Shown: positions 26,249-39,195, counted from the first letter of the stretch. The stretch is 64,000 nt of DNA from Octopus vulgaris (GCA_951406725.2 OX597830.1:11842001-11906000), one strand, 5' to 3'. Translations and numbers: made by a program. The notes: generated from the letters alone by a model not told the origin.

Positions 26249-26389
26249 ACACACACACACACACACACACACGCTCACATAAAACATGAAAGATGAAACG
26301 TCGATCAATTTGTAAATTGTTTGCAGTAAATAAAATATACCTAGCCTCTCTTTTCAACATTGAGTTAATTACTCTATAATTATGGATCT

Positions 26390-26411
26390 ATCTACCTACC
26401 TACTTACTTAC

Positions 26412-26490
<79 letters not shown>

Positions 26491-26660
26491 CTTACCTACC
26501 AACCTACCTACCTACCAACCAACCAACCTACCTACCTACCTACCAACCTACCTACCTACCTACCTACCTACCTACCTATCTACCTGTCTGTCTGTCTGTC
26601 CGTCTGCCTGTCAGACTGTCTGTATCCCTCCATTCATCCATCCATCCATCCATCCGTCCG

Positions 26661-26730
<70 letters not shown>

Positions 26731-26770
26731 CGTCTGTCTGTCTCTCCGTCTGTCTATCTGCCTATCTATC
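26390..26770. repeat. Compound (CTAT/CTAC/CTGT/CCAT)n microsatellite (similar block at 27720-28095)
   Basis: Direct inspection. Confidence 0.97.
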
Positions 26771-27092
26771 TATTTTTCTGTCTAAGTGTATATGTGCGTG
26801 TATAAGTGTATATGCATCTATGTATATATATGTGTGTGTGTGTGCTTACATATCTACATTTTATATAATTATTGCAGTTTTGATTGCTTCAATTTTGTGT
26901 TTATTGTTTTTTCTATATCCCGTGTTTCTATATACTCCGAACATTTGTTGTTGTTTAGCGAAATGCGAGACCATTCCAACTTTTCAGAGGTAAATCTTGC
27001 TCTGCAATATCTAGTGTCTTTCCTCTAAAATGGTAGGGTGTAATACGAGACATTTGGCTGCTATTTCGAGCAGATCAAGTGATCGCATAGAG

Positions 27093-27338
27093 AAGTGGCT
27101 CTCACCCGGGGTCTATGCAAGATTTTGTTGTTAAAATTTATGTGTAGTAAATTGGCTCTGCTTTTAAGTACACAGAATATTTTAACAATTTTTTTTTTAT
27201 AGAATTCCCTATAATATCTAATTATAAAAATATTATAAAATTTAAAAAAAAAAGACATTGAATGATTATGAGGGTCCACCTGAGGAAAAGGGGACTGAAA
27301 GGGTTCCGGGAGTAAATAATACTGGTTGAGAACCACTG
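27093..27338. mobile_element. Degenerate hAT/Charlie-type MITE
   Basis: Right end GGTTGAGAACCACTG; degenerate left end AAGTGGCTCTCACC; internal GGGGTC motifs; target duplication not retained. Confidence 0.55.
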
Positions 27339-27771
27339 GTATTGTGTCGCCGTTGTTGGTGCGTGAAGAAGATCGGCTAAAATCTAACAGAAATACGAAT
27401 AAGACGTTCTAGCCATGGTCACCCACCTGAGCTTCAAACGTAGGATAATTTAGTTCTAGATGCTCTACATATATCGTCCATTTTTAAAGATGGTTGGGTG
27501 TGATTTGAATAACATTTGACTGCTATATCTAGCAAGCATAACGTCCACATAAAGGCTCACTTCATGACTCGTCTTCAGAGATGTGTAGGTATGGGTATGA
27601 GAGGCTGTCAAAACGAAAGGAAAAGGTGAGTGGGTGGTACCTTCCTAATTATGCAGAACGTCTTCATATGGATAATTTCTGTTTACCTATCTGTCTACCT
27701 GTCTTCCTGTTTTTCTGTCTGTCTCTCTGTCTATCTACTATCTATCTGTCCATCCATCCATCCATCCATCC

Positions 27772-27846
<75 letters not shown>

Positions 27847-27856
27847 GATCGATCGA

Positions 27857-27955
<99 letters not shown>

Positions 27956-27986
27956 CTGTCTATCTGTCTATCTGTCTGTCTGTCTG

Positions 27987-28042
<56 letters not shown>

Positions 28043-28992
28043 CTATCTGTCTATCTATCTACCTATTTGTCTGTCTGTCTGTCTGTCTGTCTGCCTCTTC
28101 TGTGTCAGCTAGTTATCTCTGCTTGCCGAATTGCCAGTCTTGTCTATCGTTGTTGATTGCACCTGTTCAACTCTGATTGAGCAGATTTTACGATCCAAGT
28201 TATTCCAATCATGACCCTTCTTTAATCCGTATATAGTTCTAACTAGGAATTATTAAGTGCATTCTTTCCATTTTGAAAATTATAAGGGTATGGTTTTGAG
28301 TGAGATTTCGATACATAACAGGTTGAGGAGCCGGTAGAAGAACTCCTTCATTGGCTCGGTATAGTTAATTGTCTGTATAGAAAAATGTGTTCTGGTCTGG
28401 CGTTTATATCGAATCCAAGACGAAATTTTGAATATCGTATGTTAAAGAGGTGTGCTTCTTGGAAGCGTAACCTGTGGTTTGCTTTCGATTCTGTTGTCAT
28501 GTAAATTTAAGTCTCTCCCTAATAATTAATTCCTACAAAAATCCAGGAACTCTTTTAAGCTGTGGCATTACGTGAACACATCTGCTCACATTCTATAGTC
28601 AAACCTATGCCATTTACATTGCGTGAGTCTGTATCGTTAAATCGCTTGGGCAGTAACAACCTGTACGGTGAAGTGAAATTTTTATTGTAGATAATCAATA
28701 TTTTCTTAATATTCAACTGGAACGCAAAATGGTTTGGTCGAGAAAAATATCACTGCTTATTGACATCTACATCAAAGAATAATATCCATTTGAAAAATAT
28801 ATATTCCAGAAGCATATATATATATATATACAGTCTGCTATGATAAATTATATAACCATTTCAGATTATCTACTGTCTGCATTTTAAAAATATGCCGTCT
28901 GTTTCACGCACGCACGCACACACGCACTCACACACAACACGCGCCGGTGCGCGCATACACAAACATACGCACACACGCGCAAACGCACGCAC

Positions 28993-29061
<69 letters not shown>

Positions 29062-29103
29062 CTCTCTCTCTCTCTCTCTCTCTTTCACACACACACACAT
29101 ACA

Positions 29104-29220
<117 letters not shown>

Positions 29221-29225
29221 TCATG

Positions 29226-29585
29226 GCACTCCGTCGGTTACGACTACAAGGGTTTCAGTTGATCCCGCTGAGCGGAACAGTCTGCTCCTGAAATTAACAT
29301 GCAAGTGGTTGAGTACTCCACAGACAAGTGTACCCTTAAACGTAGTTCTCGGGGAGATTCAGCGTGACACACAGAAATACAGGTACAGCAGAAACAGGAA
29401 GAAAGAGTAAGAGAAAGTTGCGGCGAAAGAGTACAGCAGGGTTCGCCACCATCCCCTGCCGGAGCCTCGTGGTACTTTAGGTGTTTTCACTCAATAAGCA
29501 CTCACAACGCCCGGTCTGGGAATCGAAACCGCGATCGTACGACCGCGAGTCCGCTGCCCTAACTACTGGGCCATTTCGCCTCCGC
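29226..29585 (-). mobile_element. tRNA-derived SINE, family C, tail type 1
   Basis: Head GGAGGCGAAATGGCCCAGTAGTTAGGGCAGCGGACTCGCGGTC..GGTTTCGATTCC; tail shared with the 49081 copy. Confidence 0.9.
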
Positions 29586-29639
29586 ATACATACATACATA
29601 CATACACACATACATACATACATACATACATACATACAT

Positions 29640-29863
<224 letters not shown>

Positions 29864-29868
29864 ATATA

Positions 29869-29989
29869 TTGGCCTGCTTGCTTAGCCAGCGGGGTGGCGT
29901 CATTTGAAGGCTAAAACAAGGCGAAGCACATTGTGACCAGCGATGTGTAGCAACATCTGAAAGCCTGGTCAGTCATGGTGATCATGGTG

Positions 29990-29990
<1 letters not shown>
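29869..29990 (+). mobile_element. SINE family C tail type 2 fragment
   Basis: Matches 38050-38165. Confidence 0.85.
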
Positions 29991-30029
<39 letters not shown>

Positions 30030-30049
30030 CGTACATACATATATATGTA

Positions 30050-31000
30050 TGTAGATATTGTGCCCGAAGAGAGGAATGCTACTGCTGGAGGCATTGACTG
30101 GGTTTTGAAGGACATAGCAGACCCCATCAAAAGTGGGGTTAACCATTGTAAGCACCTCCACTCAACGAACAAATTTATGAACTGGCGGCTGACAAAGATC
30201 GCCAGCCGCTAGGTCCACCTCCTCTGCCTAACTGCAGCACAAAAAGATTTGGTGCTGAGAGTTGACCTAGGAACCAGCTGGAATTCCTAGAAACTGTCGC
30301 CTCAAAATAATTAAGGCTGGTTATGTGCCAGCGGCGAGCTGGCAGAAACGTTAGCGCGCCGGGCGAAATGCTTAGCGGTATTTCGTCTGTCGTTACGTTC
30401 TGAGTTCAAATTCCGCCGAGGTCGACTTTACCTTTCATCCTTTCGGGGTCGATAAATAAAGTACAAGTTTCGCACTGGGGTCGATGTAATCGATTTACTC
30501 CCTTTGTCTGTCCTTGTTTGTCCCCTCTGTGTTTAGGCCCTTGTGGGCAGGAAAGAAATATGTGCTGATTACAAAAGCAACTAAAGATGTGGTTCTGTTA
30601 GAGCTCTTCGTCCTTGTGGGGGACCGCAGCAAAGAGGCAAACGATAGTAAGAGGACGATGTAAGGTGAGCTGGTGGAGCTATGCCAAAGCAATGATTAGT
30701 AGGCGGATCTCATTGAGGTGGAACGCAGAGGGGTTTGCAGGGCGGTCCCTCTGTAGAGCTTATAACATCATTGAGACCTGTAAGCAGGAGGCCATCGGGT
30801 TAGGTGTAGAGGCAGTAGGGGTTACCTCAAGATAGCGAGATTTGTGCATGGGAAGAGACAGTGCTATCTGGACACAACTGGGACTTGTACAATCCCAGCT
30901 GGGTCGCTTGAGTGAGGGTGTCTGATGTTGACAGACCCAAAGACCTAATGACCACAGGAAGCATCACTGATGATTCTTCCAGGTGTGTCACAGGATGATG
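30050..31000 (+). mobile_element. HERO-type LINE 3' fragment interrupted by a SINE
   Basis: WRH..VLKDIA, VDLGTSWNS, TKDVVLLELFV, EANDSKR, ELVELCQSN, GFAGRSLCRAYNII; 3' UTR with GGGTGTCTGATG..CATCACTGATGA. Confidence 0.8.
30331..30560 (+). mobile_element. SINE family B, full length
   Basis: Head plus central GTCGACTTTACCTTTCATCCTTTCGGGGTCGATAAA domain and AAAGAAATA end. Confidence 0.92.
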
Positions 31001-31283
31001 TATGGGAAAACAAATATAACATACATATATGTATATGTGTATATATATTCATGTATGTGTGTGTGTGTGTGTGTGTGTATAAGATCCAAGGATCGAAGTG
31101 TAGGAAGAAAGTTAGCTTCAAGCAATCCGTAGTAAATATAAAAAAACAACTTTCAGGGACAATAGTGGTTCATTGAGATGGAAGGTTGTGGATTTTTTTT
31201 CTTTTTTCGCATCGATTAACTGAAAAAAGTTCTTTTTATATTTCACGGTAGGCGACCAGAGTTGCCGGGTGTGCGAATAAGAA

Positions 31284-31945
31284 TACAAGAATTAAGGAAT
31301 AGGATAGATAAGATCCGGGCTACATATGTTTCATAGCAAGCGGAACCTCAGACGTGGTAAATTTTCAAGCGAGGTGTATACTGCAGGCTACTCTTCAGAC
31401 CAAGGATATCTCGATTAAATGAAAGTTTACATTGTCGCAATGAGGTACATATTAACTTGTGGAAGATTCAGTCAGTGAGGTACATGTTAACGCAGTGAGG
31501 TACATATTAACAGTAGGTTAACATGTACCACAGTGAGGTACATGTCAACAGATGGAAGACTGAATCAGTGAAGTACACGTTAACACAGTGAGGTACACGT
31601 TGACAGTAGGTTAACATGTACCTCACTCAACATGTACCTCACTGTGACAATGAAAACTTTAATTTAATCAAGATATCCTTGGCCTGAAGTGGTAGCCTGC
31701 GGTAGGTCGACTTTGCCTTTCATCCTTTCGGGGTCGATAAATTAAGTACCAGTTACGCACTGGGGTCGATGCAATCGACTTAATCCGTTTGTCTGTCCTT
31801 GTTTGTCCCCTCTGTGTTTAGCCCCTTGTGGGCAGTAAAGAAATAGGTATACACCTCGCTTGGATATTTACCACGTCTGAGATTCCGCTCGCTATGAAGA
31901 AACTTATGTAGCCCGCATCGTATCTACTCAATTCCTTAATTCTTG
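31284..31945. repeat. Diverged fold-back module with central ~20-bp minisatellite
   Basis: 31284-31455 is an inverted copy of 31630-31945 once the SINE B fragment at 31704-31846 is removed; the centre has repeats of CAGTGAGGTACATGTTAAC in both orientations. Confidence 0.88.
31318..31401 (-). ncRNA. Type I hammerhead ribozyme (short stem I)
   Basis: Minus: ggt-CTGAAGA-gtagc..gctat-GAAAC-atat-GTA-gcc; the mirror copy at 31681-31913 is mutated (CTGAAGT) and split by a SINE fragment. Confidence 0.72.
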
Positions 31946-31946
31946 T

Positions 31947-32012
<66 letters not shown>

Positions 32013-32039
32013 ACGTGCGTGTGTGTGGGTATACATCTT

Positions 32040-32199
32040 TTATCTTTTACTTGTTTCATTCTTTAGACTAACTAATGTACTCGTATTTTTCAAAGCCTGG
32101 TACTTATTTTATCGATCTCTTCTACCGAACCGGTAAGTCACGGGGACGTAAACAAACCAACAAGCGGTGGGGGGACAAACACACACACGCACACACACG

Positions 32200-32266
<67 letters not shown>

Positions 32267-32358
32267 ATATGACGAGCTTCTTTCAGTTTGGTCGCCCCGA
32301 GGATACAATAAAAGACACTTGCCCAAGTGCCACTTCTTACCACACACCCACGCCTGCG
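32040..32358 (-). mobile_element. SINE family A, internally deleted
   Basis: Family A tail, body and head remnants. Confidence 0.8.
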
Positions 32359-32551
32359 TCTCACCCCTCTCTCTTTTTTTTATGTGTGTGTGTGTGTGTG
32401 TGTATGTATATGAAGTTAAATGTATGACCTCTCATAGAGTGACCAGCTGTTTCGCACCCATAAATATATATAACCGGACATATATTTAACTTTTAGAGTG
32501 CATTTCTTTTTCGGATATATGATCCTCTGACGATATATGTATGTATGTATG

Positions 32552-32621
<70 letters not shown>

Positions 32622-32770
32622 GGAGTAAGCACATAAATGTGAAACAAGGTGGAAAAAAAGAGTACTCAAATACCAGAGGTAGAGTAATATACTCTATTAA
32701 AAAGCACCAAAAATATAACAAAAGCTGTTACTCAGAGCTTCACGTTCCCGTATATGTGCGTATGTGTGTG

Positions 32771-32834
<64 letters not shown>

Positions 32835-32963
32835 AATGTATCTATATTTGTATGAATGTGTATGTATGTGTACATGTATGTATATATAAACATGGCTCAG
32901 AAGATCGCTTCGCAACCATGTGACTTCGGGTTCAGTGCCAATGCTCCGATCAAGGCTCTAGCA

Positions 32964-33176
32964 CAGTGGTTTTCAACCAGGGTTACGCGGAACCTTAGGG
33001 TTCCGCCAGTACAGTCCAGGGGTTCCGCAAGAAGTTACAAAAATGCTAAAATTGACAGGAATTTATAATTCTCCTGTGTAGATATGTGTGCATAAGAAAT
33101 TATTGCACAGGGGTTCCTCGAGCCAGTAGAATGTTTCCCTGGGGTTCCGCTCTAGCAAAAAGGTTGAAAAGCACTG
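32964..33176. mobile_element. hAT/Charlie-type MITE nested in a degenerate SINE A (about 32890-33260)
   Basis: TIR CAGTGGTTTTCAACC..GGTTGAAAAGCACTG; exact 8-bp target duplication CTCTAGCA at 32956-32963 and 33177-33184; repeated GGGGTTCC motifs. Confidence 0.95.
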
Positions 33177-33445
33177 CTCTAGCATATAGTCTCAGGCCGG
33201 CCAATGTCTTGTGGATGAATTTGGTGAAAAACAGGAAAATTGTGTGAAAGCAGTACGGCGCATCCCTCTCTCCCTCTTCCCTCCCACACACATGAAAATG
33301 ATAAGGGTTGAAGATAGGCTAAATTTTTGTATACACTTTTTGTTTGAAGAAAACGTATTTTATTTCTACGTAGGTCAATATTTTTTATCATATATTTATA
33401 TATATGAAAGCAAAAATATGTTTTCACATAACAAATGTCTTCATA

Positions 33446-34731
33446 CGAGGGGCGTTCAATAAGTAATGCCCCTGACCCACTTCCCATACCAGTAGAGCAA
33501 CGGAACTTGGCACAGTTATTGGTCTTTTTCCACATAGGAACCACTCAGAGGTACGCATTTCTCCCATCGTTTGATCCAGCTCTGGAGACCGTTTTTGTAA
33601 AAGACCCCAGCTTGGTCCTCCAGCCACGACGTGACTTCAGAAATCAAGGCTGCATCATCTGGGAAATGCTTTCCTTTCAAAAACAACTTCATGGCTGGGA
33701 AGAGGTGAAAATCAGAGGGTGTAAGATCAGGAGAATAGGGGGTGGGGGAGTTCATAGCCGCACGCCTGTGCTTCTGGTCTGGCGACACGCGAGTTGTGGA
33801 CCGGAGCGTTGTCCTGCAGGAGGAGGATGCCTTCGCTGATCTTGCCCCGCCTCTTGATTTTGATAGCTTCTCTTAATTTCCTCAAAAGTGAAGCGTAATA
33901 GGCTCCTGTAAATGTGGTACCCTTTGCCAGGAAATCTGTCATCACTACTCCGTCCTGGTCCCAGAAGACTGTGAGCATGACCTTGCCAGCAGAGGGCTGC
34001 ATCCTTGCCTTCTTTGGAGGAGGTGAGTCACGGTGCTTCCACTGCATTGACTGGGCTTTGGTCTTTGCATCATAGTGATGGACCCAGGTTTCATCCTGTG
34101 TAATCAGTCTTTTGAAAAAGTTTGACTCATCTTCTTGGTACGTCTCCAAATTCATCCTCGAGCACTCGACGCGTTCTTGCTTCTGGAAAGGTGTGAGCAA
34201 CCTGGGAATCCATCTGGTAGACACCTTTTGCATATGCAAATGGTCATGAATGATAGTTTCCACTGACCCGGTACTAATCTTGACCTCATGGACTATTTGG
34301 CGAATAGTAATGCGTCGATCTTCCAAAATGGCAGCCTCAACTTGACGGACAGATGCCTCATCAATGACAGAAGGGGGTCGACCAGATCTGGGAGCTGTTT
34401 CCACAGAGTTCCGACCATGTTTGAATTCACGATGCCAGCGTTTTACAAGGTCATATGATGGGGCATCATCACCATAAGTTACTTTCATTTCATCAAAAGT
34501 CTCCCATGGTGTGCGTCCTTTCAAATAAAAACCAGATCACTGCTCGACACTCAACAGGCTCCATTTCACACTTGACTCAGTTCAAACACCTGTAAATCGG
34601 AAACCATAATTAGTTCAGAGCTGTAATTTGCCACCTAATCTATAGAGATATACGTAATTGCACATGCAAAATTTCAACTAGATCAAACACCTGGAAGTGG
34701 GTCAGAGGCATTACTTATTGAACGTCCCTCG
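33446..34731 (-). mobile_element. Full-length mariner (DD34D) transposon, 1286 bp
   Basis: ~39-bp TIRs CGAGGGGCGTTCAATAAGTAATGCCCCTGACCCACTTCC with 2 mismatches; TA at 33444-33445 and 34732-34733. Confidence 0.98.
33516..34564 (-). pseudogene. Mariner transposase with two frameshifts (near 34530 and 33750)
   Basis: MEPVECRAVI / KGRTP..WIPRLL..TQDETW..LLQDNAPVH / PYSPDLTPSDFHLF..RWEKC..GSYVEKDQ*. Confidence 0.96.
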
Positions 34732-35205
34732 TATATAACAGTTTTGTTGTAAAAAATACTTGTGTATGTTTTCACATATGAGGTTTACACAATCAACATA
34801 AAACAAAAGAGTGAGAGAAAGTTACAAATTACAAAAATGTTTTACTAAATAAATTTTAGTTCATGTAGCTCATGGTCTTAAAATGTATTAAGATGCATAC
34901 TTTGAACTTCGTTAAGCCAAACGACTTGGAAACCGGTCCCGGCCAGTAAAATATGAATTTTTCTATAAAACCCTTTGCGCTAAAACATGCACCAAAATAC
35001 ATTCAGTTAGGCTATATTAAAAATAAAACTTGCTTTCTTCAAATAAACATATTTACGTTTAAAAGTTAGCGAATTTTCAACCCTTCATCTTTCGTATACA
35101 CACACATACACACAAATACACACACACACACACACACGCGCGCGCGCGCACATATCATACATGTATATATATGTATATTACACACACACACACATATATA
35201 TATAG

Positions 35206-35405
35206 TCGCCATGATAGATCGTTAGCCACTACACACATTTTTTTCTCTCCTTTTTTTCTCTCCTTGTTTTTTCTGTGTCCCTTATTGTAGAAGAGCGTAG
35301 GCTCGAAACGTAAAAGACTTTTTCTATTCCTGAGCGTTATACTAATACATCTGTTGGTTTTGTACACCACCTGTCTTCGTCTTTTGTTTTTTTCGTAAAC
35401 TCTCC

Positions 35406-35410
<5 letters not shown>
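35206..35410 (+). repeat. (TA)n-bounded repeat module with a minimal hammerhead-like motif
   Basis: TTGTAGAA-GAGC-gtag-GCTC-GAAAC-GTA-aaag at about 35286-35316; non-canonical core. Confidence 0.45.
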
Positions 35411-35441
<31 letters not shown>

Positions 35442-35714
35442 TTCGATACTTTGATAGGTTTCGGCCATAATTGGCCCAGGCCATGTCTAACTTAATAGCA
35501 CCACCTGGTAATAGCACCACCTGGTGTATATATATATATATATATATATATTTATACACACACACACACATATATATATATATTTATTTATACACATACA
35601 CACATAGGTTGCAAGAGGTATTACTATACATATTTGGTAGTTTCAGAAAACAATTCCAATCTAACAAAAATCAAATGTATTTTAATAAAAGTTTGTGCTC
35701 TCTTTAAGTTTTCT

Positions 35715-36050
35715 TATAAATTTGTTCTATGAATCAACCTTCTGATTTGATAACTGCTTCAATTCAGTAGATGTCATTAACGTGTCTGCTGTAAATTGTC
35801 CTTATTAATTTAGGACATCACTTGGAAAATGGCGACTTCGAGTGAGGATGTCGATTAGTCTCCCTTTTAACAACTCTCCAAATGATTTAAACCTGGCGAG
35901 TTAGGTGACCATAAATTTGGTGTAAAATGACCATAACGGTTGTCTGATTCTATTCTTGGGTTATATGGTTTTTGCGAGAAGGTACATAGTCTAGTTGACA
36001 CACTTATGACCTTCCACTGCATTCTGGCATCTGAAATGTTTGTAGCTTAA
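35715..36050 (-). mobile_element. Tc1/mariner (maT/rosa-like) C-terminal remnant
   Basis: PNLWSPNSPGLN..VVKRETNRHPH..IEAVIKSEG*FIE. Confidence 0.7.
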
Positions 36051-36210
36051 CAAATATATCTCAAGTTTATTGCTATATAATGAGACAACTTCGCTTGATT
36101 TAGCACAGCTAAATGTCTACTCTTCATGAAATCTTCCAGTGAGAAATCTGATTCATTATGTTACCGCATTTGTGTGTATATTTATAAGTGTGAATATGCT
36201 TTTGTGTGTA

Positions 36211-36268
<58 letters not shown>

Positions 36269-36306
36269 CGTGTGTGTGTGTATTTGTATGCATTTGTGTG
36301 TATATT

Positions 36307-36345
<39 letters not shown>

Positions 36346-36511
36346 ATATGCACTTGCGTGTACATTTATATGTGTGAACGACGTTTTAGAATCACTGATG
36401 TAACTGGATATAGATGACGAAACAATTGTTAACAAATGGAATAAATATTTTCCCCCACTCTTTGAATTTTGGTTAATTACATACATACATACACACACAC
36501 ACATACATGTA

Positions 36512-36542
<31 letters not shown>

Positions 36543-36729
36543 ATACTCACCAACAGCCATATATAAATGTACATTGAGATATATGAGCAGGAAACAATAC
36601 TAGGTATTCAGGTTAATTTTGACGACTTTTCTAATGTCCCCTTCTTTTAGGAGCAGCTTGATGCATAGGTGAACAGTCAATGACATTGGAGGGTATAAAG
36701 CTTAAATTTGTAACTGAGAAAAAGCTAGC

Positions 36730-37790
36730 TGACATGGCGGTTCTGGAACACATCAGGATATTGGAAAAGAGTTTCCTGTATTGTGATGATTCGCAGCGGG
36801 TGTCAAAGTGACGATGATTCTACGACTGCTGCTTAGCGCTCTGTGAACACTGTAAAGAATTTGAGACGTGACATGGACAGCTGCAAACAGAGACTAACAA
36901 AGCTGTGCTCAGCAGGAAGAGACAAGTGTTCTGTGGGTGACGTCATACCGCCCCACATCTTTGAGCGGGGTTTTAGGCTCAATTCAGACAGCTGTGTGAA
37001 ACTGCTGGACACTGCAGACCATCCCTGACTTGAAAGGGCTGCTGCTGGAAGGCCATACCTATTTCTCTACTACCCACAAGGGGCTAAACACAGAGGGGAT
37101 AAACAAGGACAGACCAACGGATTAAGTCGATTATATCGACTCCAGTGCGGAACTGGTACTTAATTTATCGACCCCGAAAGGATGAAAGGCAAAGTCGACC
37201 TCGGCGGAATTTGAACCCAGGACGTAACGAAAGTCGATTTTGCCTTTCATCCTTTCGGGGTCGATAAATTAACTACCAGTTATCACTGGGGTCGATGTAG
37301 TCGACTTAATCTGTTTGTCTGTCCTTGTTTGTCTCTTCTATGTTTAGCCCCTTGTGGGTAATAAAGAAACACATACCTCCTGAAAGAATCAGAGATGGTT
37401 GTTGGAGATTTTCTACAACTTTACTATCCCCGATTCCTGGCTTCTTTACTTCCCCGATTGTAATCCCAAGGATTTATTACGTGTGTGGCGCAGTTGAGAA
37501 AGACACCAAACCGCTCTGCCCGTGACACACACACCAAGGCCGAGCCGGTGGCCAAGATCAAAGAAGTGTTCGAAGATCTTCTCAGGGATACTGTAAGGAA
37601 TGCATGTACCAGATTTCGGAGTTGTCTTCAAGCTGTGGTGGAAGCTGAAGGCGGCTGCTCTGAGTAAACTGTTATCTGCCAATCATAATCTAGTTGATAT
37701 TTTTTGATGTTTTAAAATAGTTTATTTTTGGGTGGGATATTGTTTTATTTTCCTTTTCTGCAAACTGTCAAATTTAGCCCGAACATAACT
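36730..37790 (+). mobile_element. Tc1/mariner (maT/rosa-like) remnant interrupted by SINE B pieces
   Basis: GDVIPPHIFERGFRLNSDSCVKLLDT; PDCNP..YYVCGAVEKDT; IKEVFEDLLRDTVRNACTRFRSCLQAVVEAEGG. Confidence 0.82.
37058..37368. mobile_element. Two inverted SINE B partial copies (fold-back)
   Basis: 37058-37199 is the reverse complement of 37231-37368, with a ~30-nt spacer. Confidence 0.9.
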
Positions 37791-37860
37791 ATACTACATA
37801 CTGCACTGTACTACTTCTTGCAGTAATGTGCAAGAATATCAGACACTATATTATATAAAT

Positions 37861-38165
37861 GTGGAGGCGCAATGGCCCAGTGGTTAGGGCAGCGGACTCG
37901 CGGTCATAGGATCACGGTTTCGATTCCTAGACTAGGCTTTGTGAGAGTTTATTGAGCGAAAACACCTAAAGCTCCACGAGGCTCCGTCAGGGGGTGGTGG
38001 CAATCCCTACTGTACTCTATCGCCGCAACTTTCTCTCACTCTTTATTCTGTTGGCCTGCTCGCTTAGCCAAACGGGGTGGCGTCATTTAAAGGCTAAAAC
38101 AATGCGAAGCGCATTGTGACCAGCGATGTGTAGCAACATCTGATAGCTTGGTCAGTCACGGTGAT
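37861..38165 (+). mobile_element. SINE family C, tail type 2
   Basis: Family C head; tail TTGGCCTGCTCGCTTAGCC..GGTCAGTCACGGTGAT. Confidence 0.92.
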
Positions 38166-38237
38166 ATTATATAAATATGTATTTGTGTGTATGTGTTTAT
38201 TCTTTTACTTGTTGCAGGCATTAAACTGCAGCTGTGC

Positions 38238-38305
38238 TGGTGCCCTGCCCTGGTGCCCTGCCCTGGTGCCCTGCCCTGGTGCCCTGCCCTGGTGCCCTGC
38301 CCTGG
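38238..38305. repeat. 13-bp tandem repeat (TGGTGCCCTGCCC)x5 within a SINE A tail remnant
   Basis: Direct inspection. Confidence 0.93.
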
Positions 38306-38922
38306 AAGTTTTAGTCGATCAAATTGATCTCAGGACTTACTTGCAACGTGAGGTGGGGGTCTTTTTGCTGAACAGCTAACTTAAAAGGGCCGTGACTAAA
38401 CTAACACCAATTGTTAATTGTGAAGTCATGTGAGAAAGGGATGTGAGTCAAAACAGAAACACACACACACACACACACGCATGCACACACGCTCACATAT
38501 ACACATGCACACACACATGCACACACGCACACACGCTCACACATATGCACACACGCACACACACACAAAAGTATGCGAATGTTTGTGTGTTTGTATGTAT
38601 ATACATGCACGTGTATGCATGCATAGATATATGTATGCATGCATGTATATATGAATGTATACGGAAACAGAGAAACACACACACAAATATTCATTCATTC
38701 GTCACAATTTTCAAGGGTTTTGTCGGTTATGTCGGCCTAATACTTATGTCATTCTGGTTCTCAGTCTGTGTGACAAATTGTTGAATTACAGGACACACAC
38801 GGCACCTAATTTTTATGCTGTAGATGTAAACATAGACACACTCAAATGTATGCCTACTTACATACACACAAACACAAATGCACAAATACACACACGCACC
38901 CCCTACACGCACGCATATATAT

Positions 38923-39195
38923 TTAAGTCACCTGATGTTCTGAAATGCAGTATAAATCTTCGATTATATTGAGATTCGGTGACTGACGGCGGGGGAGATC
39001 TATCCACTTCAATTTTGTGCTTTTGGTATCAGTTTTGAATAACACTGGCCGCTGAATCGGCACATGATCACCTTGGAAGAATGTACTACCACCAGGGGAC
39101 AAAGTTTCTATTATTGGATAGATACGATCAGCCAAAATATCCAGGTACTCCTTGGCGTTAACTCTGCCTTGTGGAACAACTAAAAGGCCAAGAGA
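38923..39195 (-). mobile_element. Tc1-like fragment related to 61489-62742
   Basis: GRVNAKEYLDILADRIYPII..FFQGDHVPI..QSPNLNIIE. Confidence 0.82.

Noticed and set aside
37861-37935. tRNA-like sequences with A and B boxes (also 7902, 30331, 49081)
   Set aside because: They are SINE heads continuing into SINE bodies, without a closed acceptor stem.
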